From Kondoa subrosea (lineage: Eukaryota), in the NCBI GenBank assembly GCA_039545335.1, contig BCIN01000007.1, positions 1,232,530 to 1,296,529 on the forward strand: a stretch of DNA of 64,000 nucleotides, in the 5' to 3' direction. Shown here piece by piece: positions 39,164 to 52,333 of the stretch (positions are counted from its first letter, which is position 1; every line of letters starts with the position of its first letter). The notes beneath the pieces were generated by a model. The model searched no databases. It worked only from the letters and a program-made list of their open reading frames with translations, and had not been told where the DNA came from. Both the position numbers and the translations under genes were made by a program.

Positions 39164-41779
39164 TCAAGTCTTGTTCAGAGGAGCAACAGCGGTTTCCAAA
39201 TCTGCTTTTTCAATGTGATCTTCCTCCGATTTCTCATCCAGATGACCTTGGTTCTGTTCATGGCCGGTCATGCCTCTGATCTTGTAAGCAGGGAATTTGC
39301 GGGCAGGAACTCTGTTCTCGAACATCTCATCCAGATCTTCCAGCGTACGACCTAACACTCTTTAAGCATATCCAACTGAAGCAAAATGTAAAGGAATTTA
39401 CCTTGAGTCTCGGGCAAGTAGAGGATGAGCCAGATCAGCGTTACCAGATTTGGGCCAACCCAGACCTGTAACATACGCATTAGCTCGACGAGGTCAAACG
39501 AAGGGGAAAAACTCACCCAAGCGATCTTTCCACCCAGGTAGGAAGGCGAAGTAGGATTAATGAAGTACGGGGTAGTGAAAACAGTAAGCCACGCGAAGAC
39601 GAAGCCGATAGCCACTTCAAAAACGTAATTAGCACAGAAGAAGTCGAAGGAGATGAGTGAAGCAACGACTTACTGCTGAAACCAAATGTAACACTGCGCA
39701 ATCTATTTGATGGCATTTCTCCAGCGCAGACCCTGCAGCAGACGAGTGAGCGACGGATGACAAGGTACACTGATGATAAAGTACCATGCGAGAGGCCCGC
39801 AGGCGACTAAGAAAGCCAGTTCAGTATGCTCACACCTTATTGCGCGTGTCTACTCACTAGTATAGCCCCAATCGTAGAGACAGATGAGGGCAAGCAAAGC
39901 ACTACCAGTGGCATCGTTCTTCGGAGCGACAGTGACCAACAGAGCTACTAGGAAGATGCAGACAGTGGTTATACCTGTAACACTGGACTGAGCAATGGAC
40001 GTAGACGAGAGGCACAGCGCTCACCAAAGCCAGCAACGAGTAAAGTCTTCCTTCCTAGGTACCTAGCAAGGAACGGGGCCATGATGGCACCGCTACCCAG
40101 AGGGATGAATGACTAAACGAGACGTTGATTCTTCACTTACACCACTCCTACAGCTTTCAAAATTGTTGTGTTGGTGAAGGCGTCTGAAAAGGATGCAATG
40201 ATTAGAGTCTGAAAGGGAATACCATTAGACACCACTTACCTCCTTTGGTGCCGAGGACTTGGAAGAAGACAGTAGCGTATCCACTATTTTGATGGATCAG
40301 TTATGAAACGCTTGTGGACAAAGGTCCGAACTAACACAAGAACATTCACTGTTTTAATCGATCAGCTACGAAACGCTTGTGGACAAAGGTCCAAACTGAC
40401 AACCAGAAGCAGCGTGAAGAATGGCACAGCCAACACATAGACCAGTTCTTCTTAGATCTGTACCTCGGAACATATCCATGAAAGCCGATCCTTGCTTCAA
40501 CGAGTTTTCGTGAGCCACGGCATCCCTGATAGCTTTCATCTCCATTTCGATGAACCGGGGTTCGACTGATTTGCCTCGAAGGTTGACTAGAGCTTTCATT
40601 GCTTTCTCATCTTCTCCTCTGGCAGCCAACCATCTAGGACTTTCAGGCAGATACCAACTGAATAGGCAGAACCAGATCTTTTACGGCGTATTAGTACACA
40701 GAGGTAATGCGGAAGAGGAGACATACAGGCACTACATATAGAATGACCAGCTGTAGTTGGTAGGAGTGGCGCGTGAGATTCGCCTTGAAAGCTTGATTGA
40801 CGAGAGCTCCGACTAGACCGCCCAAGGAAACCATAGGCTGGAAGACGGAGACGATGGGGCCACGAAGATAGAAAGGAGTTGTTTCGCTGAAACATGGGAT
40901 GATTAGACACTCTAATGCTTCACAGCAATGAGATGATCACCTGATATATATGACAACCAGATTGACATATGCTCCGTTTGCAATCCCTAGCCTGAATTCT
41001 CGATCAGATCTTATAGCCTTCCTATGCTTATTCCGGGTAATGTTTACGCACATGAGCCTCGCAGGGAAAATGGGCCATTGTACAGTAACGAGTATTTGTA
41101 TAGTAATGGAAAAGAACGAGAGCAGAGAGGCAGCGATAAATCCACCTCGTCGACCGAACTAGCAAAAGCTTAGTCGGACAATTTTGCTTGAACACGTGTA
41201 GCTCACATATTTAGAGAAAGGCCCAAGAGAAAAACTTGCGATGATCAATCCCACTTGAAGAAGGGAAGTGATCAACTGTTGAAATGTAGTTTCAATTCCA
41301 TAACGGCGAGTTGCGGGATTGTATTCCCCAAAACTGGACAGATGTCTCAGTACGAGCGGATAGATGCCCTCGAACAGATCTTACACTCTCAAAAAGCCTT
41401 GCATAGCTTGGAGACCTAGATTATTACATATCAGCATTGTAATCTAGTATCGATTGGTAATGGCGCTCACCATTGATAATACCAGTATCAAAGCTGCGCT
41501 AATGAGCACGCGAGTACCCTTATACCAGTGTGGTGACTCACCCATCTACGCAGAAGAACAAAATCAAAATTATCAGCACGCTTCAATGCAGGAATGCAAG
41601 GCCAATTACATTGAAAGGTAGCAAAAGATACACCAGCTAAACCAAGTCGATCAGCCAGGAGATAGCGGAGCGCTCAAGAAAGACGCACCACACAAGAAGA
41701 AGATCCTCTTGTTCTCCCACAAGCTAGTAATAGGAATGCCTTCGACGACAACAGCAGAAGCGCCTCCACCGCCGACCAT
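39164..41779 (-). CDS. MFS sugar porter (general alpha-glucoside/hexose transporter-like), many exons
   Basis: YGFDTGIINGLQAM, FGRRGG, LPESPRWL, DMFRGTDLRRT, GEMPSNRLRS, YLPETQGRTLEDLDEMFE. Confidence 0.93.
40284..40400 (-). repeat. Direct repeat formed by two near-identical 52-nt introns separated by a 13-nt exon
   Basis: 40349-40400 and 40284-40335 align without gaps at 45/52 positions. Confidence 0.92.
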
Positions 41780-42195
41780 TCTACCATGAGCATTCAGTGC
41801 CAGAAAGCAGTCAAAGCAGAACGACCCCTCACATAATGCAAGTAGAGTAGAAGTGAAGATCAAGATTGAAATATGCAGACTACTCAATGCGTTGACTCTT
41901 CTCGTGAAGAAGCAAGAGGAAGGATGTAATTGAGAAGGAAAGAGAGGGAGACAGATGAATTAGAGCGTGTCAGCAGCATTTCGCTACGACAATTAAGCCT
42001 GCAACTATTCTCTTGGCTTGGCATTATCCCACGCTATCTGTGCATCTGTAGCCCCACGGAGCACAACGCCCGCTGCCGAAGAGACGAGGAAGGACATTGT
42101 TTTATTTCCAGGCGCAATAGATCTTCCAACCGAGAATGGTAAAAAAAGAGCACGGGAAGGCAGTAACTTGATCTTCTTTTGTACAACACACAGTC

Positions 42196-43824
42196 ATGAG
42201 CACCACACAATTCGGATCTGTCACTTGCACTTCCTTGCATCCTACTTTTGGGTAAATCAATTCGCGAACACTTCTTGTGTTTCAACAACGAGCCTCGAGC
42301 TGACTCTATGTTGCTATCAACAGAGCTTCTGTCGATGGCGTCGACTTCAGCAAGCCAGTCTCAAAGGAAGTAATTGCTGATGTAAGCTTAAGTTTGTGTC
42401 GACGTTGCGAGACATCATGCTAAGATTTCGTGAAGCTCATCAAAGCACACGATAAATATGGTGTCCGTAAGCTACTTCACTTTTCTTGCATCGACACATC
42501 TGAAGCTAGTCTCTACCCCAGTTGTCTTCTACAACACTGGTCTTGACGTGAGTTCCGCTTCATACTTACATATTCCTCATGCTTACTTCTGTCACAGGAT
42601 CTCACCCACTGCGAGTTCAGCAAGCAGCTAGGCGAGCTTGAAAGAGCACCCAAATTCAACTCGCCTGATCAACCTGATCGATTCTCTCAAGTAAGTTAGC
42701 ACAGTCTATCAACCATCAGCTATAGCTAATCATAATGCTATCTCACACAGCCTTGGTTGTTCGATGCCGGAAACAGTCAGTGGCTGCTTTTGACTTTGAC
42801 TTTCCCCTCTCTTACCTTCATTTCAGCTCTCATCGATGGCACTTTGGTCAAAAAGGACAGCAGAAGATGGCACTATAACAAGGGCAACGCTTTGTGGCAC
42901 GTTGACTCGTCTTTCAGTGGGTCCCCTTTCTTTGTGCTATCATGTCTCCATATCTCATGTGCTATTACAGATCAACATCGCAGTAAATACAGCTTGCTAC
43001 TTTCTCACAGAGTACCGTCGGATGGTGGAGATACGTGCGCGCTCTTCTTATTGTTGTCAATGGGCGTCTTACCCTTGTTTACAGCGGCTTTGCTGATATT
43101 CGTACGGCTTACGAAGATCTTCCTCAGGAGAAGAAGGACATGCTTGAAGATTTGATTGTCGAGCATGACTTGTGGCACAGCAGGTATGCGAAGCTTCATA
43201 TTTTACTTTTGTCGCCTGACTTGAAGAGCCATTCTCTTACAGGAAAGTTGCTGCTCCCGAAGAATTCGCAAAGATGACTGCAGTCGAATTGAGCGCCAAA
43301 CAACCATCTTTCCATAAACTCGTTCAAGTTGGTCCAGATGGTCGCAAGACTTTATACATTGCTGCTCACAGCAAACGGATCATTGGCATGGATGACGCAA
43401 AGGGTCTAGCTTTGATCAATGAGCTCTTGGCTTGGTGCTCTCAACCTGTTCGTACTTTCGCTTCTTCCTCTCTACCTAGTCCTCAAGTCCTGTATCTCTT
43501 AGAAATACACTATGGCTGTCAAGTGGCAACAACAGGTCAAACAGCTCGTATGGTGGAGCAATATCACTGTTTTACACGTAAGCCTATCGGTTATGCTCAA
43601 GAAAATAAGACTGACGAAGCTCTCGAACAGCGCGCTACACCTTTGTATGTCGTTTTTGTGCTCTGGTTCTCTACTTCTCGCTCATTCTTTTTGCCTTTTA
43701 CAGCTCTGACCAGATGGAAATTCGTGATATGCGAAGGACTACTGTCTTCGATGATGGTCCATATGCAAAAGGTGTGCCAGACGCTGCTGAACGGGAAATG
43801 CGTGGTCATTTGCCTGCTGCTTGA
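42196..43824 (+). CDS. Fe(II)/alpha-ketoglutarate-dependent dioxygenase (TauD/TfdA family), multi-exon
   Basis: LHPTFGASVDGVDFS, HxD motif in NALWHVDSSF, GGDTGFADIRTAYEDL, GRKTLYIAAH, distal His in NITVLHRA, IRDMRRTTV. Confidence 0.9.
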
Positions 43825-44026
43825 GTACCTCGAGATTTGTGATTGTTATGTCTTGTACAATAGAATTTATGTTGTCATCTCTATGAATGCTGTCTTTGTC
43901 CAACTTAAATTCACCTGTCCAGAGTTTTCACTTTCTGTGTGTTTGTCTCGTGAACGTCTCGCTCTCTATGCTAAATATTATTACAAGGTTACATTGTCCA
44001 TGAGTATGCTACATTATCTACGAGGT

Positions 44027-46610
44027 CTACAAGTGTCCATCTGCCGCGTCGATCCAGGTATTGTTACTCGTAATCCATGTCGCCTGCGATGAGAGAAGAC
44101 TGATTAGCTTGATGTACAGCGACTAAGGGGAAAGCAACTACTGGTTTGGTATAGTCCCCTGAGGTTCCATCTTTGGTCTGTAGATAGTTTTGCTCAACCT
44201 TCAGCCGTCCATAAAGCAAGTTTGACTTACATATGCTAATCTGAAGTAATGCGTAACATTCGTCCACATGCCGTCAACAGTGTAGTTGTTGTCTGTGCCA
44301 GTCCAGGTTTGGACATCGTCAACCACTGACAATGCGTTTAGCCAGAAAAACAAGCTCAGATGGCGAAAACTCACAAAGCGAAAACCCATTCCAGCTATTC
44401 TGCAGATCCGTGGGTATGGGCTGCCAATTTATGCCAATAGTAGGATTGAATGTAGTGTTAGTAGTGAGCCATTCTGGTAAGTCGGAACCAAGTTGAGCAT
44501 CTCTTCGTAGTTCGGCTGGCGTTTGCAATATCGAATCATAACCCCAGACAGCTAGCCAAACATCAGCTAGGGTACAAAATCGATGTATAATAGCTTACCG
44601 ATGCCATTGATCATTATGCCTAGAAGTAAACCATGCAGAATTAAGCTGATTCGAGTAGGTGGACGAGTAAGAGGTAGAGCAATCATGCCAAAGATGTAGT
44701 GATGCCTGTCGTTGAGGTCTGAGCGAAGGCCCGGGGAGAGTACTTCACACATACAATCTTAGTTCTAGACCAGGCAAGGCAGTCAATAGCCCAATGGTTC
44801 CTGCTCCGAGAGCATACCTTCAAGACTATTTAGCTAATAGCATATTAGTACAGACACACGTACCAGCCGATATATCTAGGTAACAAGCCAGCTTTCCTGA
44901 ATACTCTGAATTGATTGACCGCAATAGCAACCACAATGAGCGCTATGATGATGACCGCTATCAATCCGCCTGGTTGTCGCTTTATGTCTGAAGGTGTTAG
45001 TCGATCCACAGGGATCCAACTTTCGAGCGTCACATCCATTACTGTGACATCCAGTTCAGGAACTAGCTACCCAATTTGATCAAGAAGCAAACTCCCATAT
45101 CCCGACCCAAAATGGACCTAGAAATAGAATCGATCGTTCGAGAGTGAGAAGCGAAAAATGAGGTAGAAGATAGCGACTTGATAAACGCCCAATCACGTAA
45201 AGAACAAAGAGAGTAGGGAGGAAAGCACCGAAGCCATTTGATATATCCGCTATTGAAGCTTTAATTCGCTTGTTTCATATAAGGAAGAGAACTGTCTTAC
45301 GAGGACTCTTCGTCAGTACGATTTGCCAGAAACCCCTATAACACAAAGTCAGCTACTTAAATGCAATAAAGCAAACACGCATACGCTAAGCATGAGACCC
45401 AGAAGAAAAGTGAAGGTGTAGGTAGTAGTAAAAGAGAGAAGAAGAAAAGCATAGAAGCTTGAAACGCTAAAATAGGCCACTTGAGATCTTTGCAGTGTTT
45501 GCCCGGCGTGGATTCAAGAACATAAGAGCTAGGGAAGTAACTATCGAAGGGGAGTGACTTGATACCATTCTGATCGAGACCTTCGAAATTTGAGAAGCCG
45601 CCAATTTGTTTAGCAACAGCGCATCCTCCCCACTAATCACACAATTAGCAATGTTAAAGCCATTAAGCGATTACCTACGAGTGTTGAGACAAGATTCTGC
45701 TGCACTGCCGCGGCGCATAGCCAAGTATCCGCTCGATAGGTTTTCGCTGAGTCGCCTCCGCCTACTAGAACAGGTCTGAAATTGATGATTTGACTACCTA
45801 TAACACGAGGATTCCCAAGCTTGATGATTGGTTCAGCACCACAGCGGAAGGCGAGAGTCGAATTCGCAAAGGGTTTACAGCTTTCTCCATCTAGCCCCTA
45901 TGGTAGTCAAGAAGTATAAACATGAGCGCACGGAGTTGCTACTGAAGAGGCTCTTGACATACACATTCATCGTTGGGAGACCAGAATGATGCTTGTTTCG
46001 AAATAATCTGTGGTCTAGGTAGACCGTAAGCATGAGTCTCGACGATCAGGCGGACAGCTTACTCTCCAGCACTCGTTGAAGCATTGAACCAGCTCTCATT
46101 AACCAGCAAAGCCGTGCCGACTATCCAAAGCGCAATATAAATAGCCCATACGAGCCCTAAAGGTCTAAAGATTCTTCTCAGCCGTCTATTGAGTGTTTTC
46201 TCCAAGGCAACTTCTCGCTTGAAAGATCGGGGCCGAACATCTTCTGCTGGAATTGGACCTTTGAAGTATCTCTCGACTTTCGCTATAACCTTATTTTGTC
46301 TCTTTGCTCGTAACCATCGAAGAAGAGCTGAATTATACAAGAGAGCAGCAGGCATAAGCGCAGGCGAGGCAGTGTCCAAGTCTTTCAAGTCGTTGTTGTC
46401 TTCTTTCGGTTCTCTTCTATCTTGATGCAGAGGAGAAACGGATGCAGCGGCTTCTAAGTCATCTTTACTATCAGATGAAGTAGACAGGTCTTGCAGAGTG
46501 AATTCGGATGTTTGTCTCTTCGGTATTGGCAATGCAGACAGAGGTTGAATCTCAGACGTTGAGTCCACCGGCGAAGAAGCAGGATATTGAGTTTCTATGT
46601 TGTTAGACAT
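44027..46610 (-). CDS. LCCL domain-containing membrane protein, multi-exon
   Basis: TM helix, then GLDGESCKPF..FRC and the LCCL core TYRADTWLCAAAVQ...GGCAV..FDSYFPSS. Later TM block DRLTPSDIKRQPGGLIAVIII. C-terminal YFRLAY..GTSGDYTK. Confidence 0.8.
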
Positions 46611-46957
46611 ATGACAGATACGATAGAAGCACAGTCAGGCCAGATTGCCAGGAGGTCTGTCTTGCGAGGTTCAGCCGAATTCCTCTTTCAAAGGTTCAGA
46701 GCAAGTCTTCGAGACGACCACTTGATGGTATGTAGTCTAATGTTATCCGACAGGACAGAGCATCTGATATCGTAAAGAAAGGGAATCCTAGTTCGTTGAC
46801 AAGTCAATACAGTGGAAGTCAAATGATGCGCGTGATGATAGCAAATACAAGAAGCAGTACAAGTACAGATATTGATACAGGACATATTACAACGATCTCT
46901 TGCTTGAATAGAACTCTCCCTTGACGAAAACATCATTCAATGCTAGTTGACCTAAAT

Positions 46958-49167
46958 TTAATTCCCATCAGTCAGGCAATTTCTGCCCGTCGCCTTGAGC
47001 TTACCTAGTGCTGGTAGGCGTGCTTGAGCATTAGCCAATCCCCAAACACCAGTAAGCACATCCCCGTTGGGTCCATCTCCAGCGCCGAAGATCACTTTAG
47101 CGATGAAGCTGCTATCTGCATCAGCCGAGAAAATCAGTAGACAACAGTCATTCAACGTACCCTCTAAAGATATCTGATCTGCCAGGCAAGATGCTCATTG
47201 GGACTTCATGCAAATCCATTTCGATCCTCGTAACATTCAACTTCTTGCCTCTATGAACCGGATCATCGACTTCAACGACTCTCGTCTTAGCTTTAGTCCA
47301 ATCTTCAGGTTTCAGTCTTGCGAAAGCTCCATTTGGTATTATTCGACCAGGGAATTCTTCATCTACACAAGGTGCATAAACAGGTGGTGAACCATCAAAG
47401 ACCAAAACATCTGGCCAGAGTTTTGAGATATCTAGAGCGGAGTTCAAGCCTTCTAATCCGGATGGTAGGAAGATCTCTCCCATGACTGTTCCGGAACATA
47501 AGATTGCTCCAGATGGGGACGTGCCATCGATACGCATGTGCTCTATTCGGACGTTCTGCATGATTTGTGCTTCTGGATTTGGAGAACCTGGAATAGATAA
47601 TGGGATGGATGGAGCAGACCTGATCAGAGGCTGTAAAAATTCAGGTATAGATGAAGAGGCGATTGGTCGGATATGAATGGGAGTAGGTTTCCCTTCCAAG
47701 TATCGTGATAGGAGATAAGATAGAGCTGGATCTAGTAAAGGCGAAGCTGGTTTCTCAGGCTCGATTTCCCCAAAGATGGAAACTGGAATCTTCGGCTGCC
47801 GCAGGAAGAAGTGGAAAGGGTTTAGATTGACTTGAGCGAATTGAATTTCAGTTGCCATTGTATTATGCGTTGCATTTGATAAGAGGTAAACGTTGAAGGG
47901 AATAGGTTGTGGAAGGGAATAAGTTGCATTGCCAAGGGAATCAATCATGCGAAGGAGATCTGTGGGTATCTGTTTGCGTTGCGAAACGAGAGGATTCATT
48001 GCGGATGCGTTGCCAGAAATGTAAAGTTGTTGATCGCGATGCTTCTCTGGCGTGCCGGAATACATCGAATACGAAGTCAGATTCACCAGGCTCGATGGGT
48101 CTTCCAGGAAGGGAAGTGCGGGTACTGTCAGCACAGGATTAACATGAACCTCTTTCAATGAAAACCACGAGCCTCAACTCACTTCGATGTTTCAAAGCCA
48201 TGTTGATGTCCTGTACTTGAATAGAAGCCAGCTTGCCAAATTTGCTCAACAGTCCACGCGGATGAACTTCCACTTGTTTGACAATAACAGCAATGCGAGC
48301 TAGATGATCTTCCCAAGTTCTATTGACAAATGTAGCAATTGCTTCCGAGTTCATAATCTTGATTTCGACAGGCATTGTAATCTCTTCCAGCCACGAAGGC
48401 TCTTGTCCAAACGATTGATACTCGTCATCAAAGCGTACAGGAAGAGTGAAAGAAGGTAGCGAATCCATTTGCAGCAAAACACTTTCTCCAGTACTCGGTG
48501 ACCCAATCATGATTGATCCAGATTTGACTTGCACTTCTTTCGTCCTTCTAACACCCCATCTCACCAACTTCCTCTGCATTCTACCGACTAATCCACTCTC
48601 GTCCCAATCTACCGCTCGAGCAACATTTACTCCCGCTTTGCCTTTGACCGTCAAGTGAACACTCGAATCATGTACAGCGTCGATAGAGATCTGATCCGGA
48701 CCAGAGTATACTAGCCCACGTTGAGCGATTCCTTGTAATCCAGCAGGATCATTAGCGATCTTCGCAATTGTTCGTCCGACAAAGAAATGGACGCAAGCCA
48801 AAGCCAGTAGGATCAGTATAAGGAAGACTAAGAGTATATAACATAGAACAGTGACAATATTTCGGGATTGCCTCCTTTCATTATTGCTGGATTGAGGCAA
48901 GAGAGGTGTCTTGCTGGTAGCGATTGGGGCAGCTACAGATTGTTTCTTGCGATGAGACGATTGACTGGCTTTACGATTAGCTTGCCTTATTCGGCTCTTG
49001 ACTAGAGATTGAACGGAATCTTGAGGTGAAACGTCTTGTTCTGGTTCGCTTGCTGTGGATTGCGCATCTTCTGGTTCTTCATCAGACTCGGGCAGCACAG
49101 ATCCTCTGCCATTGTAGAGCTTAGGAACAGTCTTGCTGTCATTTAACGGAGTGCGCTCAGTCGACAT
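46958..49167 (-). CDS. Tag1-like (DUF3712-related) single-pass membrane protein
   Basis: ERTPL/KTPLL dileucine-type motifs, a single TM (ILLVFLILILLALACVHFF), and a long beta-rich luminal region with WPDVLVFDG..P..AFARLKP and VPMSILPGRSDIF..FIAKVIF. Family assignment is from recall. Confidence 0.6.
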
Positions 49168-49330
49168 GACGTTTCGAGTAAAACATGCAGTGCTACATTC
49201 GTTTGATCATCTCTTGGGCAGAACAAGGCAGAATGATAAGATAGCATTACGATTATGATAGAGCTACTACTACTTATAAGATAAAACGATGTGCATATAT
49301 GATTTCCGATTGTCCATTTCTTTCCTTTGC

Positions 49331-51587
49331 TTACAAAGCATCACCGGTCTGCGTTGCGCTTGTATGCGGTACTTGTACACCTGCATCTTGCTGGGGAACA
49401 GAAGAAGCAGAAGCTTGATGGTCGACTGGCTCGCTGGCGAAACCAACTTTCTTATCAATAGGCTGTAAATACATGGTCTCGTCTTAGCATTTGTTATGCT
49501 ATTCGTGAACATGTACTCACGTAACCATGATTCTCTCCAGTTGAAGAAGCACCGTGATAAGAAGGCAATCCAATAGCAGGTGCTAATCCAACATCACTCT
49601 GCTCGGCTACCGGTGCTTGGTGAACCTGAACAGGAACTTCTTGGGGCTGAGCAGAAGGGACAGCAAGAACAGTAGAAATAGGTTGATGGTTTGGATGAGT
49701 TTCACCAGTAGTGGCTACAATGGGTGCCGCAGCTCTTTCATGTTCTTCTTCAACGCTGGATCCACCGATCGAAGCTTCGTCGCTTTCTTCTTCTTCCTCT
49801 TCTTCTTCTTCCATTTCTCGCTGTTCAGCTGCTTCTCTTTGGACAGCAGGTGACGCTGACAATTCAGAAGAAGCGTATTGACGTGAAGGAGTAGATTCGG
49901 CAAGGGAAGTATCTCGAGTTGATTGAGCGTAGCCAACGGAGGCGACAGTGTGGTTCGCTGGCGTACGAGCAGGAGAGGAAGTGCTAGCGGACACTAGGAT
50001 ACTCATCAGACAAATGCCAATATACGCTGAATATAGCTAAACTCACGACTTCTCTTGGTCAAAGAATCACAAGCTTCCCACCATTGCATCATTTCAGTGT
50101 GCGATCTTGCCTTGAAGGTATATGCAACCTCCTTCTTCTTCCTGAAGCCATGCGAGGAGTCCTTGCCACTGGCTGATTTTCGCATTCCTTCAACATACTG
50201 GAACGAAGCTAATCAGTGAACCTAATCGTATCAGAAAGATTCGCACACTTACGAACTTGTGCTTCTTATCAGTTGCAGGTGACGGGGCAGATAAAGTGAA
50301 ATCAGGCAGGTACAGTGAAAGAGCTGGGTTGAAAGCGTGAGGATCATCGCCAACGATACCGGTTGCAGGATATTCGTGAAGGAACCCAGCAGCGGTGAGA
50401 ACCAAATAGTATTCAGTGTATTTCTTGGCTGCAGCAACAGGTTCAGCAATCCTTGCAATGTACGAAGCAAATTTGACACCCACTATGGCGTTTCTTCCTC
50501 TCTAGTAGACCTTCCTTCAATGGCTTGGAATGTTGATGACCTTGATTGGGGAATGTGACGAGAGCAGGATCCCTCATAGTTGTTTGTGGGTCCAGAATTC
50601 GACCATTATCAGGATGAGCGAAATGATCCCATTCTTTCTTCGCATCGACGGAAACAAGTTGAGTACCGACTTGTGACCATAGACCTTGTAGGCGCTCGTT
50701 GTGCTTCAATTGAGCTGCAGTGAAACGTTCACTAGCTTGGTGAATCTTGTATACTAGATTCTCCTCAAATGACTGGGAAACGCGTTGCCAATGGATGGTG
50801 CTGCGAGTGAGCTTATTCTCGTGTTCAAGCTGCTTCAATAACTGCCTTTCTACAGTGCCCTGTATGAAAATTTCCACTCACGTGAGCTAAAGGGTAGCAC
50901 AAAGCGGACCGACATACATGTGTGATGAATGGATCAGACTTGGCGTTTGCAGCTCCCAATCCATTTCCAGACTCAACCATAGAAACACTTCTACCGTATT
51001 CGCCCAAAGAATTTGTGCTGTGCTCCCTCTCTTTGTCGACGATATCCGCTTCCTTGCCTAGATCGCTGTTCAGACTATCGAGGTGGCTCTTGAGGGAATG
51101 CTTGTTCTCGTTCAAAAGACTCAGAACATCGTTATCGATCGTGTGAGCAAAAGAGTTGTGCAGTTCTGCCATTTGACGCGAATGATCACGCAGTCTGTAG
51201 AACATGTTCTGGAATCCATGTTCGTCTTGGATGAATTGATCTCCCTCTGATGGATCCATTCGGCACACGGTTTGGGCACATAGGATAATGATAGCTCACC
51301 AGTGAATGGCACAGGAATGGAGCTCGCTTGTTTGGAAACCTCTTTAGACGCATGCAGCTCAGAATCACGAGTAGCAGTGAAGAAGTCCGTTAGAGTCTTG
51401 TTAATATTGTTGTATTGGTTGTACCGAGCTAGCACTGCATTGATAAAGGTTAGTCAGGAATGCATGCATGCCTCGGTCTGAGCGAGCCAGACGTACAATC
51501 ATCTGAGGGTCTGCCCTTGCTGCTATCATAATGTCTCGCCTTGGGGCCAGACTTGAGCGATTTAGCCCTATTGAGTAAAGAAGACAT
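49331..51587 (-). CDS. Slm1/Slm2-like BAR-PH domain protein, multi-exon
   Basis: GRPSD..LARYNQY, a helical BAR-like region with KSDPFI, and a PH domain (PLKEGLLERKKRHTKKYTEYYLVLTAAGFLHEY, PALSLYLPD, YTFKARSHTEMMQWWE). Confidence 0.8.
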
Positions 51588-52333
51588 GGCGCTGGAATGC
51601 GTTGATTGGATTAGTAAATGAGCTGCTGGATTGCAGTAGGTGATATTCGCAGTGGTGTGACTTGGAAAGAGCTATATGCGACCAACTTTGCAAAGATGGC
51701 GCTTCGAAAAGAAAAGGCCAGAAATAGCAACGTCATCTCAAGTCCTAGTCAGCTCATTCTATGGATCACGGTCCCCGTGAAACTCGTCAGAAGATTGCAG
51801 AAGAATACAGTAGTGTATACATTGAATGCTTGACAGGATCTGAAGCCTCACAACGAAGTGCATTTTACCTTACACTCCTGAACCTTGGTCGCATCCGGCG
51901 CATGTTTCTGGATGAAGAAATGCCGCACCGTCACTGTATATCAAGGTACGTCAGCGGTACAGAGACAAAGATCATTGCGTATTTGCTAGTTGGAAGACCC
52001 GTTTGCAGTGCACTGAATCACAAGTACTTTTGTGCACGTTCTCATAGAGCTGTCACCAACAGGAATGAGCCTGCAGAGTGAGAGTGAACAAATTGAAAAG
52101 AGTCTGCGACATATTACAACAACAAGCAGCCAAGGTTATGCTGACGACAAGAAACAGAGAAAACAGCAGGAATTAGCCATGGCAGGAGCATGAAGCCACA
52201 AGGCAAGATGAAGTGCAGATACAGAGCAGCACCGTCCTGTAGGGGAGACAGCAGGAAGTAGGAAGATCTCGCATCGAAGAGATGAGAGAAGAGTCGCAGT
52301 ATTCGTAGCTGAACCAGATTTGCAAAGATGACG

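Noticed and set aside
51600..52330. Long intergenic stretch with small ORFs and a loose C/D-box-like pair
   Set aside because: There is no terminal stem or recognisable guide sequence. It is likely the SEC11 3' UTR plus the Slm1-like promoter.
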